A DNA stretch of 64,000 nucleotides from an uncultured Gammaproteobacteria bacterium (GTDB lineage: Bacteria > Patescibacteriota > Microgenomatia > UBA10105 > UBA927): contig CAYIBX010000003.1 in NCBI GenBank assembly GCA_964361785.1, positions 4,769 through 68,768 of the forward strand, in the 5' to 3' direction. Positions 48,701-56,800 of this stretch are shown here, one piece after another. The first letter of the stretch is position 1. Each line of letters starts with the position of its first letter. The notes beneath the pieces were generated by a model that was not told the origin of the DNA, did no database searches, and saw only the letters and a list, made by a program, of their open reading frames with translations. Made by a program: the position numbers and the translations under genes.

Positions 48701-49311
48701 AAATGGTGCTTTCACCCGTTGACTACTCAAAGACACTTGAAAAGTTTCGGGAAGTGAGGGAGGCGATTATAGACTATTCCGGCGCAGACGCGGCTGAGGC
48801 GACGGTGAAAGAGTTAGCCCGCGTCTTTTTGGAGATGAACAGACACAAGCACATAAATCTCGAGTGGATACCATTTGATTTGGGAACGAAAGCTTTTAAA
48901 GAAATGGCTGAGTGGGATTTGCGATGGTTGAAAAATGCATGGATTTTAACACCATTTAAGCTTGCCGCTGGGAAAGAGCGGTGGAATAAATTAATGGATG
49001 ATAAGGTGATGCACTGGCCACATTCATTCGGTGAATACATATCATATGCAGTGCGTTACACAGGCAGCCATGCCAATGCCTATGATGAGGCGAAAATGGA
49101 AGAGATTATTTCCGGCATGGAACAAATGGGTTTATTTATCAATCACCATGAGTATGGACATGATTTGCGAAACGAGTTTAAGACGCGTTTAGGGTTTCGG
49201 TTGTGGAGCCAAGTACGTAAATATTGGTTTGTGCTTTTTGCAATCACCGTTGCTACTGCTGCCACGCAGGCAGTGACAGAAGAAGGTAAAAAGGATGGAG
49301 GAGGACATTAA
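45706..49311 (+). CDS. very large (1201 aa) hypothetical protein with a C-terminal transmembrane anchor, inside the T4SS-like locus
   Basis: Single uninterrupted ORF. It has an acidic/Lys-rich helical N-terminus, the motif 'HHEYGH' near the C-terminus and a final hydrophobic segment 'YWFVLFAITVATAATQA'. No known domain was recognised. Confidence 0.55.
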   Translation: MAGEELSRRIAEAAKKAAEQATQQKAEQPQPVENAPTENAAPNDVHEVPAERMVEFTNKVTQGVPEAAQKIIGAGEYPKDERVFSIVESLLVADEAMLSDSAYMRTIGEKLATVVNETGYFSDTGVEARKYLNRIIAENPSLEDLRLRAMPEVSGVSGLQDQPEELSGVTDPEYKEVVKQLYDEPNESILKDTSIGKELQNLQFRLEVDPNSLFRDQHMIDGVVTRMVIAGQKDGLDAKIVREGVNRARALEAWVGERLEAEDTRGIIRWSEVKNDAPKGVEHVDNQAFMFRDITKDEIDKYFKRGAEGEADWYFNFIDQIYSLGREESRPGLTHEQRFQEFKDYLVWKYGDEYHLAVQLYQKHWDSRGQFEYAVKGLMYNPGDVKDRLKAMSLLTGADLDHLYKNFNNSNVAYSLYEGVMFETMAEKRRKYGEAIKYLGEEVTWDKKHIKREDLLKELKSKHREEGFDPETGKRTQSSLSVEDQKLMFEIQHQNDLAAEGVMLWDDDVQSYTEMHITLSKLQTEREGLMKKKNSGEPLSEKEMDQLHEVDRKYQIYAHREHMLNENFTQELLQTRGLSPVDIEVRKRLTEYYKSTHSGQEPPEYEVRMALWAARTAMIGSGRMAMIGSMMSIGPRESGYTSSSGKDVMRAPAFEDLQRIFNPEVFASRFSIGGDFGKVARQVFRKNLLNTKGIDEKKQGWLKKTWNGLFSGGEESHGKLSYTKEWGHAKEHEHDAARRAAMETAEFAEDASGISFSELLGPGFMNSGGFYDGTGWRLEKGVFDELRNKVMDMRKLPEGATLLDNQALSIQLLTASNAEERRPILDRMLRRNPSKFLELLQEDSEKILQKHNVTHEEWGQFKEALSLAELKIAHEKEWQFVRIDMADKKDYDALIAPFLKTLGLEDIGRQENLRQVLVDMQSVLYEKRTVETGGGKVFHTKMDAVAELKLPLTMSMTDFDWKESNFYQLGTVAMHRRIRDVGSQMRARDAILGIISNQEMVLSPVDYSKTLEKFREVREAIIDYSGADAAEATVKELARVFLEMNRHKHINLEWIPFDLGTKAFKEMAEWDLRWLKNAWILTPFKLAAGKERWNKLMDDKVMHWPHSFGEYISYAVRYTGSHANAYDEAKMEEIISGMEQMGLFINHHEYGHDLRNEFKTRLGFRLWSQVRKYWFVLFAITVATAATQAVTEEGKKDGGGH

Positions 49312-49317
49312 TTTTTA

Positions 49318-50925
49318 TTAGTGCTCTTCACCCTGTCCTTCGCCGGTGAGCGCCCCAAATCCTTGTTGTGAGCCTTTTCTGACGACTTGTGAAGGGGATG
49401 CCCCGTGCCCCTTGCTTCCAAACATGCTTTTGATCATACTTCCTTGATACCAGATATTCATAAGAGATCCTGCGCCTTGACCAAGAGGCCCAAACATGGC
49501 GCCAAGGCCTCCTGGGATTGCTGGTTCTGCCTTCATAGATTTTTGAATACCAGCAACAAACGTTGGAATGATAAGAATCATGCCAAGTCCTATAATTCCC
49601 GCCATCCCGTAACTACCCCCCCCTGATGATAATAGCGGAGGCGCCCAAATAGTGGCTGCGTTATCAGTGTATGTGAGAATAGCAGACACCAAAAGAAGAA
49701 TAATCGTGATCGGAAACACGATGAGCTTTGATACTAAATGTCGAAGCCATGAGTTAAATGATGTAGATCCTGGAATTGCTTCTAGAACGAGCTGAAATGG
49801 TGCGGTCAGAAGGGCAATAATGATGTTTATATACGCATCAATGAGCATGAAGAGGATGCGAATAAATCCAAACAGGAGCACGAGTAAAATAATGAGAATT
49901 AAAAGCACAGGACCGCTAAAAAGAGAAAGTCCTAGAAGAGCGCCCTTGGTTCCTCCAATAAAGGCACCAAGAAGACCAGGGATGATAAAAGAGAGCTTTT
50001 GTACAACTGGATTTGTACCCCCAAACACGTCTCCAATATCATTCCATGCACCTAAGCCACTGCCAAAGAAAAATCGTGTAAATCCCCAGAATCCACCACT
50101 GAATAAATAATCGGTTGCTTCTTTGGTCGTCCATGTCAAGTTAACAGGCTGTCCTGAAAGATAGTTTGGTATTGCAGCAGCTTTGCACACACTACTAGAG
50201 ACGCTGAGCGCTTTCCCAATGCTATCACCGATAGAGCTGTTGGCAATCATGGAGATGGCTAGGGCAATAAGAAGATACATACCGTCTATAAGAAGCCCGA
50301 CAATTGCGTAGGAAAATGTGACCAGAAGCAGGGCTACAACTATACGGGGGATTGAGTTTTGTACCGTGACGACAGTTTTGGGGTCAATTTTTTTGCGAAA
50401 CATAACCATGAGTCCAACCATGATGAGAATGACTGCCAGTATTCCATACGAGATGTCTCGAAATACTTTCCAGAGAGGAAGCAGTGTGGCAAGGCCCGAA
50501 AATCCTATGCCCTGTGCGTTGACACGAGGTGTTACAAATCCTAATGACCGACCAATGTCCATGGCATATTCAGCGGTAGACGCAGGGGGGTTGGTATAGA
50601 TTGCTGTAATAGACCCACCAATGCCGCTGAGCGCACCTTTTTGGAAATTAAGAGCTGTTGGACACTGTGCGTCTGTCGTGTCCCATGCGCCACCAATCAT
50701 GATGGATAACGCGTTGATGCTATTATTGGTGGTCGCAAAATTTGATCCTTCTAAATTCAGGGTCCCCTCATTTGATTTTTTGAGTACTTGGGTAAAACAC
50801 GACATTGATTGACCAATCCACGAGCATTCTTCGTTTTCTAGTGCTAAAACAGAAAAGATAGGATAACTTACGGCAAGAAATGTTAAAAAGAGCGCCGTAA
50901 TAAGATATTGTATTGTTTTTTTCAT
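49318..50925 (-). CDS. VirB6/TrbL-like polytopic inner-membrane T4SS protein
   Basis: 535-aa ORF with a signal or transmembrane segment, a ~130-aa extracytoplasmic loop, at least six transmembrane helices and a Gly-rich C-terminus. It lies immediately downstream of the pilin array. Confidence 0.55.
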   Translation of the reverse strand: MKKTIQYLITALFLTFLAVSYPIFSVLALENEECSWIGQSMSCFTQVLKKSNEGTLNLEGSNFATTNNSINALSIMIGGAWDTTDAQCPTALNFQKGALSGIGGSITAIYTNPPASTAEYAMDIGRSLGFVTPRVNAQGIGFSGLATLLPLWKVFRDISYGILAVILIMVGLMVMFRKKIDPKTVVTVQNSIPRIVVALLLVTFSYAIVGLLIDGMYLLIALAISMIANSSIGDSIGKALSVSSSVCKAAAIPNYLSGQPVNLTWTTKEATDYLFSGGFWGFTRFFFGSGLGAWNDIGDVFGGTNPVVQKLSFIIPGLLGAFIGGTKGALLGLSLFSGPVLLILIILLVLLFGFIRILFMLIDAYINIIIALLTAPFQLVLEAIPGSTSFNSWLRHLVSKLIVFPITIILLLVSAILTYTDNAATIWAPPLLSSGGGSYGMAGIIGLGMILIIPTFVAGIQKSMKAEPAIPGGLGAMFGPLGQGAGSLMNIWYQGSMIKSMFGSKGHGASPSQVVRKGSQQGFGALTGEGQGEEH

Positions 50926-50977
50926 GCTAAAATTATTATCTCAAAACCATTTGCATGGCGCAATGACCGTAACGTTT

Positions 50978-51310
50978 TTATTGAAATTCAGGGACGGTAA
51001 ATGTGGTGATGCTCTCAATTCCTGTAAATCTGCCGATAAGATTTATAATAAGATACGCCGCAGACATGATGATAAGTCCCATAATGGCTTGGCTTATAGT
51101 GCCTCGTGCCTGTTCGAGCTTTTTAGGGTCCCCTGATGAGAAGAGAAAGTTAAATCCACCGACCAAGAGCATAAGAAAGAGCGCAATGCCCCCAAACGCA
51201 ACTACCGCCCTCACGATGTTTTCAAAGAGCGGGCCAAGACAAGAAAGTGTCGCTACGTCCTCAGAGTTTGGTACGCCTTTAGCAAAACAAGCAGTATCCC
51301 ATGCAGCCAT
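50978..51310 (-). CDS. VirB2/TrbC-like pilin paralog 1
   Basis: Two-helix hydrophobic protein containing 'LLVGGFNFLFSSGDPKKLEQARGTISQAIMGLIIM', which shares the family motif GGF..TSGGD.KL..A...I..A..GL. Confidence 0.6.
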   Translation of the reverse strand: MAAWDTACFAKGVPNSEDVATLSCLGPLFENIVRAVVAFGGIALFLMLLVGGFNFLFSSGDPKKLEQARGTISQAIMGLIIMSAAYLIINLIGRFTGIESITTFTVPEFQ

Positions 51311-51329
51311 AAAGAGAGTATATCAAAAA

Positions 51330-51662
51330 TTAGTACGGCTTGGGGAAGTTTAAGCTTCCGCCGATGATCTGCACGCCCAAGAAGTTTTGGACGAGATTCA
51401 TGATGGCCCATGCAGCTCCTACGATGATAAGACCAACAATTGCATGGGTAATTTTATTTCTGGCTTCTTCCATGCCTGCCTTGTCGCCGCCAGAGGTAAT
51501 CCACTTTATGCCACCCAGCAGTAAATATAAGAAAGCCAAAAGTGAAGCGATGATAAGCGTCGTGCCGACAAGCGCTGAAATAAGCTGACCAATGTCAGTA
51601 ATTTTGACGACATCTGTAGGCTGTTTGATTTCGAGTTTCGCTTGCGCAAATATTTTTTCCAT
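51330..51662 (-). CDS. VirB2/TrbC-like pilin paralog 2
   Basis: 'LLLGGIKWITSGGDKAGMEEARNKITHAIVGLIIV'. Confidence 0.6.
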   Translation of the reverse strand: MEKIFAQAKLEIKQPTDVVKITDIGQLISALVGTTLIIASLLAFLYLLLGGIKWITSGGDKAGMEEARNKITHAIVGLIIVGAAWAIMNLVQNFLGVQIIGGSLNFPKPY

Positions 51663-51739
51663 AGATGTAATTATATCCTACTTACCATTCTTGCGCAAGA
51701 AATTGATCCTTGTCAAGGACCATCGTTAGTATAGGCACA

Positions 51740-52087
51740 TTAGCTTCCAACGGTGGGAATAGGAATGTTTGGAAAATCAATGCCAATAAATTGGCTGACC
51801 AATGTAGTGATAGCCCAGACCGTGCCGACGATGATAAGGCCTACTAACGCGTTGGTAATTTTGTCTCTAGCCGATGTAAGTTTTGTTTTATCCCCTCCTG
51901 ATGTAATCCAATCAAATCCGCCCAGAAGTAAATAGAGAAAAGCGATGATAAAACAAAGTATCATGATAGCCCCTATTACACCGCCCAATACTGCTCCGAG
52001 AGCAGAAGCGCCAGCTTCTGTGCCGCCGCTTCCAAGACTGCCAGGGAGAACGGGGTTTGTAATTTGTGTGAGCAAACGATTGGTCAT
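51740..52087 (-). CDS. VirB2/TrbC-like pilin paralog 3
   Basis: 'LLLGGFDWITSGGDKTKLTSARDKITNALVGLIIV'. Confidence 0.6.
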   Translation of the reverse strand: MTNRLLTQITNPVLPGSLGSGGTEAGASALGAVLGGVIGAIMILCFIIAFLYLLLGGFDWITSGGDKTKLTSARDKITNALVGLIIVGTVWAITTLVSQFIGIDFPNIPIPTVGS

Positions 52088-52092
52088 AGTGT

Positions 52093-52464
52093 TTATTGTG
52101 AGAGAGAATCCATAATGCCACCAGGATTTGATAGTGTGAAATCGACACCAAAGAATTGACCAGCAAGAGAAAGTATTGCCCAGCCTACAACCACGACAAG
52201 AAGACCAATAAGTGAGTTTGTTATCCGGTCGCGAGCTGATTGCAGCTTGGCTTTATCGCCTCCTGATGTGATCCAGTTAAATCCGCCGATAAGAAATTGA
52301 AAAATAAACCATATAAATCCTGAGATGGTCATGAAGCCTATTATGGAAGAAACGAGTCGCGATATGTTTATAAGGCCTTCGGTGCCGTCGGAGACATTGG
52401 CAAATGGACCGAGCCCACCGCCTTCACCGATTCGCCCTAATTCTTGTGCAAATATTGTTTTCAT
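52093..52464 (-). CDS. VirB2/TrbC-like pilin paralog 4
   Basis: 'FLIGGFNWITSGGDKAKLQSARDRITNSLIGLLVV'. Confidence 0.6.
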   Translation of the reverse strand: MKTIFAQELGRIGEGGGLGPFANVSDGTEGLINISRLVSSIIGFMTISGFIWFIFQFLIGGFNWITSGGDKAKLQSARDRITNSLIGLLVVVVGWAILSLAGQFFGVDFTLSNPGGIMDSLSQ

Positions 52465-52466
52465 TA

Positions 52467-52823
52467 TTATGGACTGACTATTTTCGGATTGAGTATAAAC
52501 GTTGCGTCATTAAAGAGAAGTTTTCCCACCACAGCCGCGAGAGCAAAAGACCCCACGATCACGACAAGTCCTAATAGCGAATTCCAAATTTTATCCCACG
52601 CAGAGTTTAGTGCCTTTGTGTCTCCGCCAGCGTTCATATATTGAAAGCCTGCGATAATAAAATTAAAGAGCGCTAAAATACCGCCCCCTACAAATACAAG
52701 GCGTAATATATTTGTGATAAGCAGTCCAAATCCACCGAAAACATTTGCGTAACCGCCGATTAAAGGGCTGGTGACCGATCCTACTATGTCATCTTCTGCA
52801 AAGATGCGTTCTATAAGCGTCAT
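52467..52823 (-). CDS. VirB2/TrbC-like pilin paralog 5 (divergent)
   Basis: 'FIIAGFQYMNAGGDTKALNSAWDKIWNSLLGLVVI'. Confidence 0.55.
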   Translation of the reverse strand: MTLIERIFAEDDIVGSVTSPLIGGYANVFGGFGLLITNILRLVFVGGGILALFNFIIAGFQYMNAGGDTKALNSAWDKIWNSLLGLVVIVGSFALAAVVGKLLFNDATFILNPKIVSP

Positions 52824-52827
52824 ATCG

Positions 52828-53133
52828 TTATGGTATCACAGGGTTTAATATCTGGATACCAGTGAGCGTTTCTATAAGTTGTATTATCCAAAATGATGCA
52901 AAAATAAGAAGGAGCCCAACAACGGCTCCTGTGAGCGCCGCTTTTCCTTTTTCTGCGTGTTTAGGGTTGCCAGCGGAAGTGATGATTTGAAATCCGCCAA
53001 AGACGATCATAAACAATGTTACTACCCCAGCGATTACAAATACGTTTGACACAATGACTTTTACAAATCCGCCAAACGTTGTTATGGTGGAGGGGGAAAG
53101 CTCTGAGAGTTCGACTGCGTGTACAATGTTCAT
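52828..53133 (-). CDS. VirB2/TrbC-like pilin paralog 6 (divergent)
   Basis: 'VFGGFQIITSAGNPKHAEKGKAALTGAVVGLLLI'. Confidence 0.55.
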   Translation of the reverse strand: MNIVHAVELSELSPSTITTFGGFVKVIVSNVFVIAGVVTLFMIVFGGFQIITSAGNPKHAEKGKAALTGAVVGLLLIFASFWIIQLIETLTGIQILNPVIP

Positions 53134-53187
53134 ATTTTAAGTGTACGAAAACTCGCACAGAATCTCAAGATCTTGTATACTCACCGC

Positions 53188-53727
53188 ATGGACGACGTCA
53201 CCCTCGTTTCTCAGCTTCTTAAAAAGGATCGTCGCAGCGCTGGCATCTTTTACCAGACGTACGCGCCGAAGATTAAAAGGTACGTGCATGCAAAGGTAGG
53301 AGTATACGAAGACGCAGAAGATTTGGTGCAAGATATTCTTTTTTCGTTTCTTGAGGCTGCTCGTGATTTTCGTGGGAATAGCAGTATACAGACATACCTT
53401 TACTCTATAGCACATCACAAAGTGATTGATTATTATCGTAAGAAAAAAATTAAACAACTCGTGTTTTCTCAAATGCCACAATTGGAATCGTTGATTTCTC
53501 CGCTTCTTGATCCACAAGCGCAGCTTGATGCGACACTGGTGAGTGAAAAGATACAGCACGCGTTGGGAACATTGCTCCCCATTCATCGCACTGTGTTGCT
53601 TCTCAAATACCTTGACGATGTTTCAGTATCGGGTATAGCAAAGCAGTTGTCCATAACGCTCAAAAGCGCTGAGTCACGATTGTTTCGTGCACGACGAGCC
53701 TTTGTAGCATCATTTCTTTCGTTATAA
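53188..53727 (+). CDS. ECF-type RNA polymerase sigma-70 factor
   Basis: Region 2 'EDLVQDILFSFLEAARDFRG...TYLYSIAHHKVIDYYRKK' and region 4 'IHRTVLLLKYLDDVSVSGIAKQLSITLKSAESRLFRAR'. Confidence 0.8.
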   Translation: MDDVTLVSQLLKKDRRSAGIFYQTYAPKIKRYVHAKVGVYEDAEDLVQDILFSFLEAARDFRGNSSIQTYLYSIAHHKVIDYYRKKKIKQLVFSQMPQLESLISPLLDPQAQLDATLVSEKIQHALGTLLPIHRTVLLLKYLDDVSVSGIAKQLSITLKSAESRLFRARRAFVASFLSL

Positions 53728-53728
53728 T

Positions 53729-53959
53729 ATGGCAGATCTTTTGTTTACAAATTTTATGAAACGTTGGGAAGAGGTGACTGAATTACCACCCCAACAGTTT
53801 GGCAGGCTTACCAATGTATATAAGATGGTGACTGGACGCATAAAAACTATGCCATGGCTTGCTTTTTTTGGCGTGAGTTCGCTTGTGGTTGGTTCTGTGT
53901 ACTTCTTTTTAGGTTCAACGATTGTGTGGATAGTCTCACTTTTGCAAAAAGGATTTTAA
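53729..53959 (+). CDS. small membrane protein, putative anti-sigma factor partner
   Basis: 76-aa ORF starting 2 nt after the sigma-factor stop, with a single transmembrane helix 'LAFFGVSSLVVGSVYFFL'. Confidence 0.4.
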   Translation: MADLLFTNFMKRWEEVTELPPQQFGRLTNVYKMVTGRIKTMPWLAFFGVSSLVVGSVYFFLGSTIVWIVSLLQKGF

Positions 53960-54001
53960 CTTCTCTCCGCGGGTTTTAGCCCGCATTTACGACTAGTATA
54001 T

Positions 54002-54619
54002 ATGCTCGTTGCGCTCCTTCAATCAGGTTTTGCGTTTTTTCGTCACTTTGTGGGAATTATCATTTCGCCCTACGAGACCTATAGGGATATCGAAAAACGT
54101 GGTCGTATAGGAGAGATGGTGTATATCGGTCTTTTAGTTGGGCTGTATTTTTCTCTTTCAAGTGTGGTAAAAATAGCTTCATTTCACCCATTACTTCTTT
54201 CTCGGTACGCATTCGTATTATTCGCTTCAGCACTGAGTGGATTTGGGCTCATCGTTTCAGTGCTGGTTTTGACTGGGCGATTATTAGGGCGACAGACAAG
54301 TATCGGACGCATAAGTCTTTTGTGGGCGTATACGCTTGTGCCGACGGTTGTATGGTTTTTATGTACGTCACTTTTATATATATTTATTCCTCCACCTAGA
54401 ACCACCAATATCTCTGGAGTAGCCTTAAGCATCGTGTACCTTGTTGTTTCAGCAATGATTTTTTGGTGGAAATTGACGCTTTCGTATCTTGCGTTGCGGT
54501 TTGGTTTGAAGCTTGATTTTAGCAAAATTTTGATTTTCGTTTTGGTTTCAGTACCCATACTTATTCTATGGTCATACATGATGTATGCCATTGGCATATA
54601 TAAGGTACCATTTTTATGA
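54002..54619 (+). CDS. Yip1-like polytopic membrane protein
   Basis: 205-aa ORF with five transmembrane segments and an N-terminal 'SPYETYRDI' resembling Yip1/DUF1282. Confidence 0.4.
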   Translation: MLVALLQSGFAFFRHFVGIIISPYETYRDIEKRGRIGEMVYIGLLVGLYFSLSSVVKIASFHPLLLSRYAFVLFASALSGFGLIVSVLVLTGRLLGRQTSIGRISLLWAYTLVPTVVWFLCTSLLYIFIPPPRTTNISGVALSIVYLVVSAMIFWWKLTLSYLALRFGLKLDFSKILIFVLVSVPILILWSYMMYAIGIYKVPFL

Positions 54620-55755
54620 AATTGCGATCAGCACTATCAGTAAAATCTCGTCGCGAAGAAGTAGAGAAAGAGACTCGTGTATTGTTAACCAACATTGGGA
54701 CGTTTAGCGTCGATGAGAATGTGGCGAGCAAAAGAAATTGTGAAAACATGATTGGCGTCGCTCAAGTGCCGTTGGGTATTGCAGGACCCCTCGCACTGTT
54801 AACTGTTAAAGGTGAATTGTTAAATGTTTATCTTCCTCTCGCAACGACTGAAGGAGCGTTGGTGGCGTCGGTTAGTCGCGGCTGCAAGGCGATAACGGAG
54901 TCTGGAGGAGCAGGTGTAGATAGTTACCGTGTTGGGGCCACCCGCGGTCCGGTTTTTAAGGTCAAGAATTTGCATGAAAGCGATGTATTTAATAAATTTT
55001 TGGAAGAACACTTCGAGAGTTTGCAAAAAATTACAAAGACAACCTCAAACCACTTAACACTTACAAAATATATGGATCGCGGAGTCGGTCGGTATAGATA
55101 TGTACGATTTGTGTTTGACACAGAAGACGCCATGGGCATGAACATGGTAACAATTGCGACACAAAAACTAGTTGAATATATTGAGCTCCATACGTCTTCA
55201 CGATGTATTTCCTTGGCGGGAAATTACGACGTCGACAAAAAACCTTCGTGGCTCAATGTTATTGAAGGACGAGGTATAAAAGCGTGGGCGGAGGTGACGC
55301 TTCCGTCAAAAATACTCAAAGACGTTTTAAAAACGACTGCTCAAAAATTTTATGACGTGTGGCTTTCAAAGTGCATGATTGGCAGTGCCATGGCAGGATC
55401 GATGGCATTTAATGCCCAGTTTGCAAATATAATTGCTGCCGTATTTTTAGCGACGGGACAGGATCTTGGGCATGTGGGCGAGGCAAGCTTGGGTGTGACA
55501 ACCGCTGAGGTAGTGAATGGAAAAGACTTATATGTAAGTATATATCTTCCTGATCTTATGGTAGGTATCGTGGGTGGAGGCACAGGCCTTGCAACACAGA
55601 AAGAGGCGTTATCGATTGTGAGAGCCGCAAATAGTAAACAATTTGCTGAAATAATTGCAGGTGCGGTGCTAGCAGGAGAAATTTCATTATTAGCGTCGCT
55701 TAGTGAGGGGACGTTAGCAAAAGCACATCAAGAACTAGCAAGAGGAAAGAGATAA
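54616..55755 (+). CDS. hmgA: HMG-CoA reductase, class I (archaeal-type)
   Basis: 'ENMIGVAQVPLGIAGPL', 'EGALVASVSRGCKAI' and 'DAMGMNMV' are conserved HMGR motifs. Confidence 0.85.
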   Translation: MKLRSALSVKSRREEVEKETRVLLTNIGTFSVDENVASKRNCENMIGVAQVPLGIAGPLALLTVKGELLNVYLPLATTEGALVASVSRGCKAITESGGAGVDSYRVGATRGPVFKVKNLHESDVFNKFLEEHFESLQKITKTTSNHLTLTKYMDRGVGRYRYVRFVFDTEDAMGMNMVTIATQKLVEYIELHTSSRCISLAGNYDVDKKPSWLNVIEGRGIKAWAEVTLPSKILKDVLKTTAQKFYDVWLSKCMIGSAMAGSMAFNAQFANIIAAVFLATGQDLGHVGEASLGVTTAEVVNGKDLYVSIYLPDLMVGIVGGGTGLATQKEALSIVRAANSKQFAEIIAGAVLAGEISLLASLSEGTLAKAHQELARGKR

Positions 55756-55756
55756 T

Positions 55757-56800
55757 ATGATCGGCATCATTTCATACGGCACATATATTCCTTTGTATCG
55801 TTTAGCAGTAGCAGAGATTGCAAAAGCGTGGCACAAAGAAGCGAAAGAAATAGAACAAGCGCTTGGGGTTATAGAAAAGGCCGTGCCATCCTATGATGAA
55901 GACGCGGTGACCATTGCAACTGAAGCTGCGCTTTCAGCGTATAGGAATACTATTGTTAAGCCAGAAGACACAGATGTTTTATTAGTTGGTAGCGAAAGTC
56001 ATCCGTATGCCGTGAATCCAACGGCCACAATTGTAGGGGAATTTGTAGGGTTTAGCCATCAGTATTTAGCATCAGACATGCAATTTGCATGTAAAGCAGG
56101 AACTGCTGCTGTGCAATCGATTGCAGGCTTGGTTTCTGCAGGACATGCGCGAACTGGTCTAGCTATTGGAGCAGATACTGCACAGAGTAAACCTCACGAT
56201 GTACTTGAGTACGCTTCTGCCGCTGGTGGAGCGGCGTTCCTTATTGGTAAAGAAAATCTTGTAGTAGAGATGTTGGCGGACACATCGTTTTCATCTGACA
56301 CTCCAGATTTTTGGCGACGTGATGGCATACGTTATCCGTCGCACGCTGGGCGATTTACCGGAGAACCTGCATATTTTACGCATGTGATGGGAGCCGCAAG
56401 ACAATTATTGAATATGTCGAAATTGAACCCCAAAGATTTTAAGTATTGCGTGTTTCACATGCCAAACGGAAAATTTCCTCGGGATGTTGCCAAGCGTTTA
56501 GGATTTACCGACAGTCAACTTGTTCCCTCGCTTATTGTTGAGTCTATCGGCAACTCGTATAGCGCTACAGCACTTTTAGGATTAGCAGCGGTTTTGGATA
56601 TCGCAAAGCCAAATGAGAAGATATTTATGGTGTCGTATGGATCAGGGGCTGGAAGTGACGGATTTATTTTTCGCGCGACAAAAGCACTTCCAGCTTTGCA
56701 AAAAAAACGGCTGGTCTCACACGATCGGGTGATTGATCATATCAATCGTCGTATGCCGATTGACTATCTGACGTATTTACAAAAGACTCATAAAATATGA
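55757..56800 (+). CDS. HMG-CoA synthase (archaeal-type, DUF35-partnered)
   Basis: Thiolase-fold condensing enzyme whose N-terminus 'IGIISYGTYIPLYRL' is typical of archaeal HMGCS. It lies between hmgA and a thiolase gene. Confidence 0.75.
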   Translation: MIGIISYGTYIPLYRLAVAEIAKAWHKEAKEIEQALGVIEKAVPSYDEDAVTIATEAALSAYRNTIVKPEDTDVLLVGSESHPYAVNPTATIVGEFVGFSHQYLASDMQFACKAGTAAVQSIAGLVSAGHARTGLAIGADTAQSKPHDVLEYASAAGGAAFLIGKENLVVEMLADTSFSSDTPDFWRRDGIRYPSHAGRFTGEPAYFTHVMGAARQLLNMSKLNPKDFKYCVFHMPNGKFPRDVAKRLGFTDSQLVPSLIVESIGNSYSATALLGLAAVLDIAKPNEKIFMVSYGSGAGSDGFIFRATKALPALQKKRLVSHDRVIDHINRRMPIDYLTYLQKTHKI

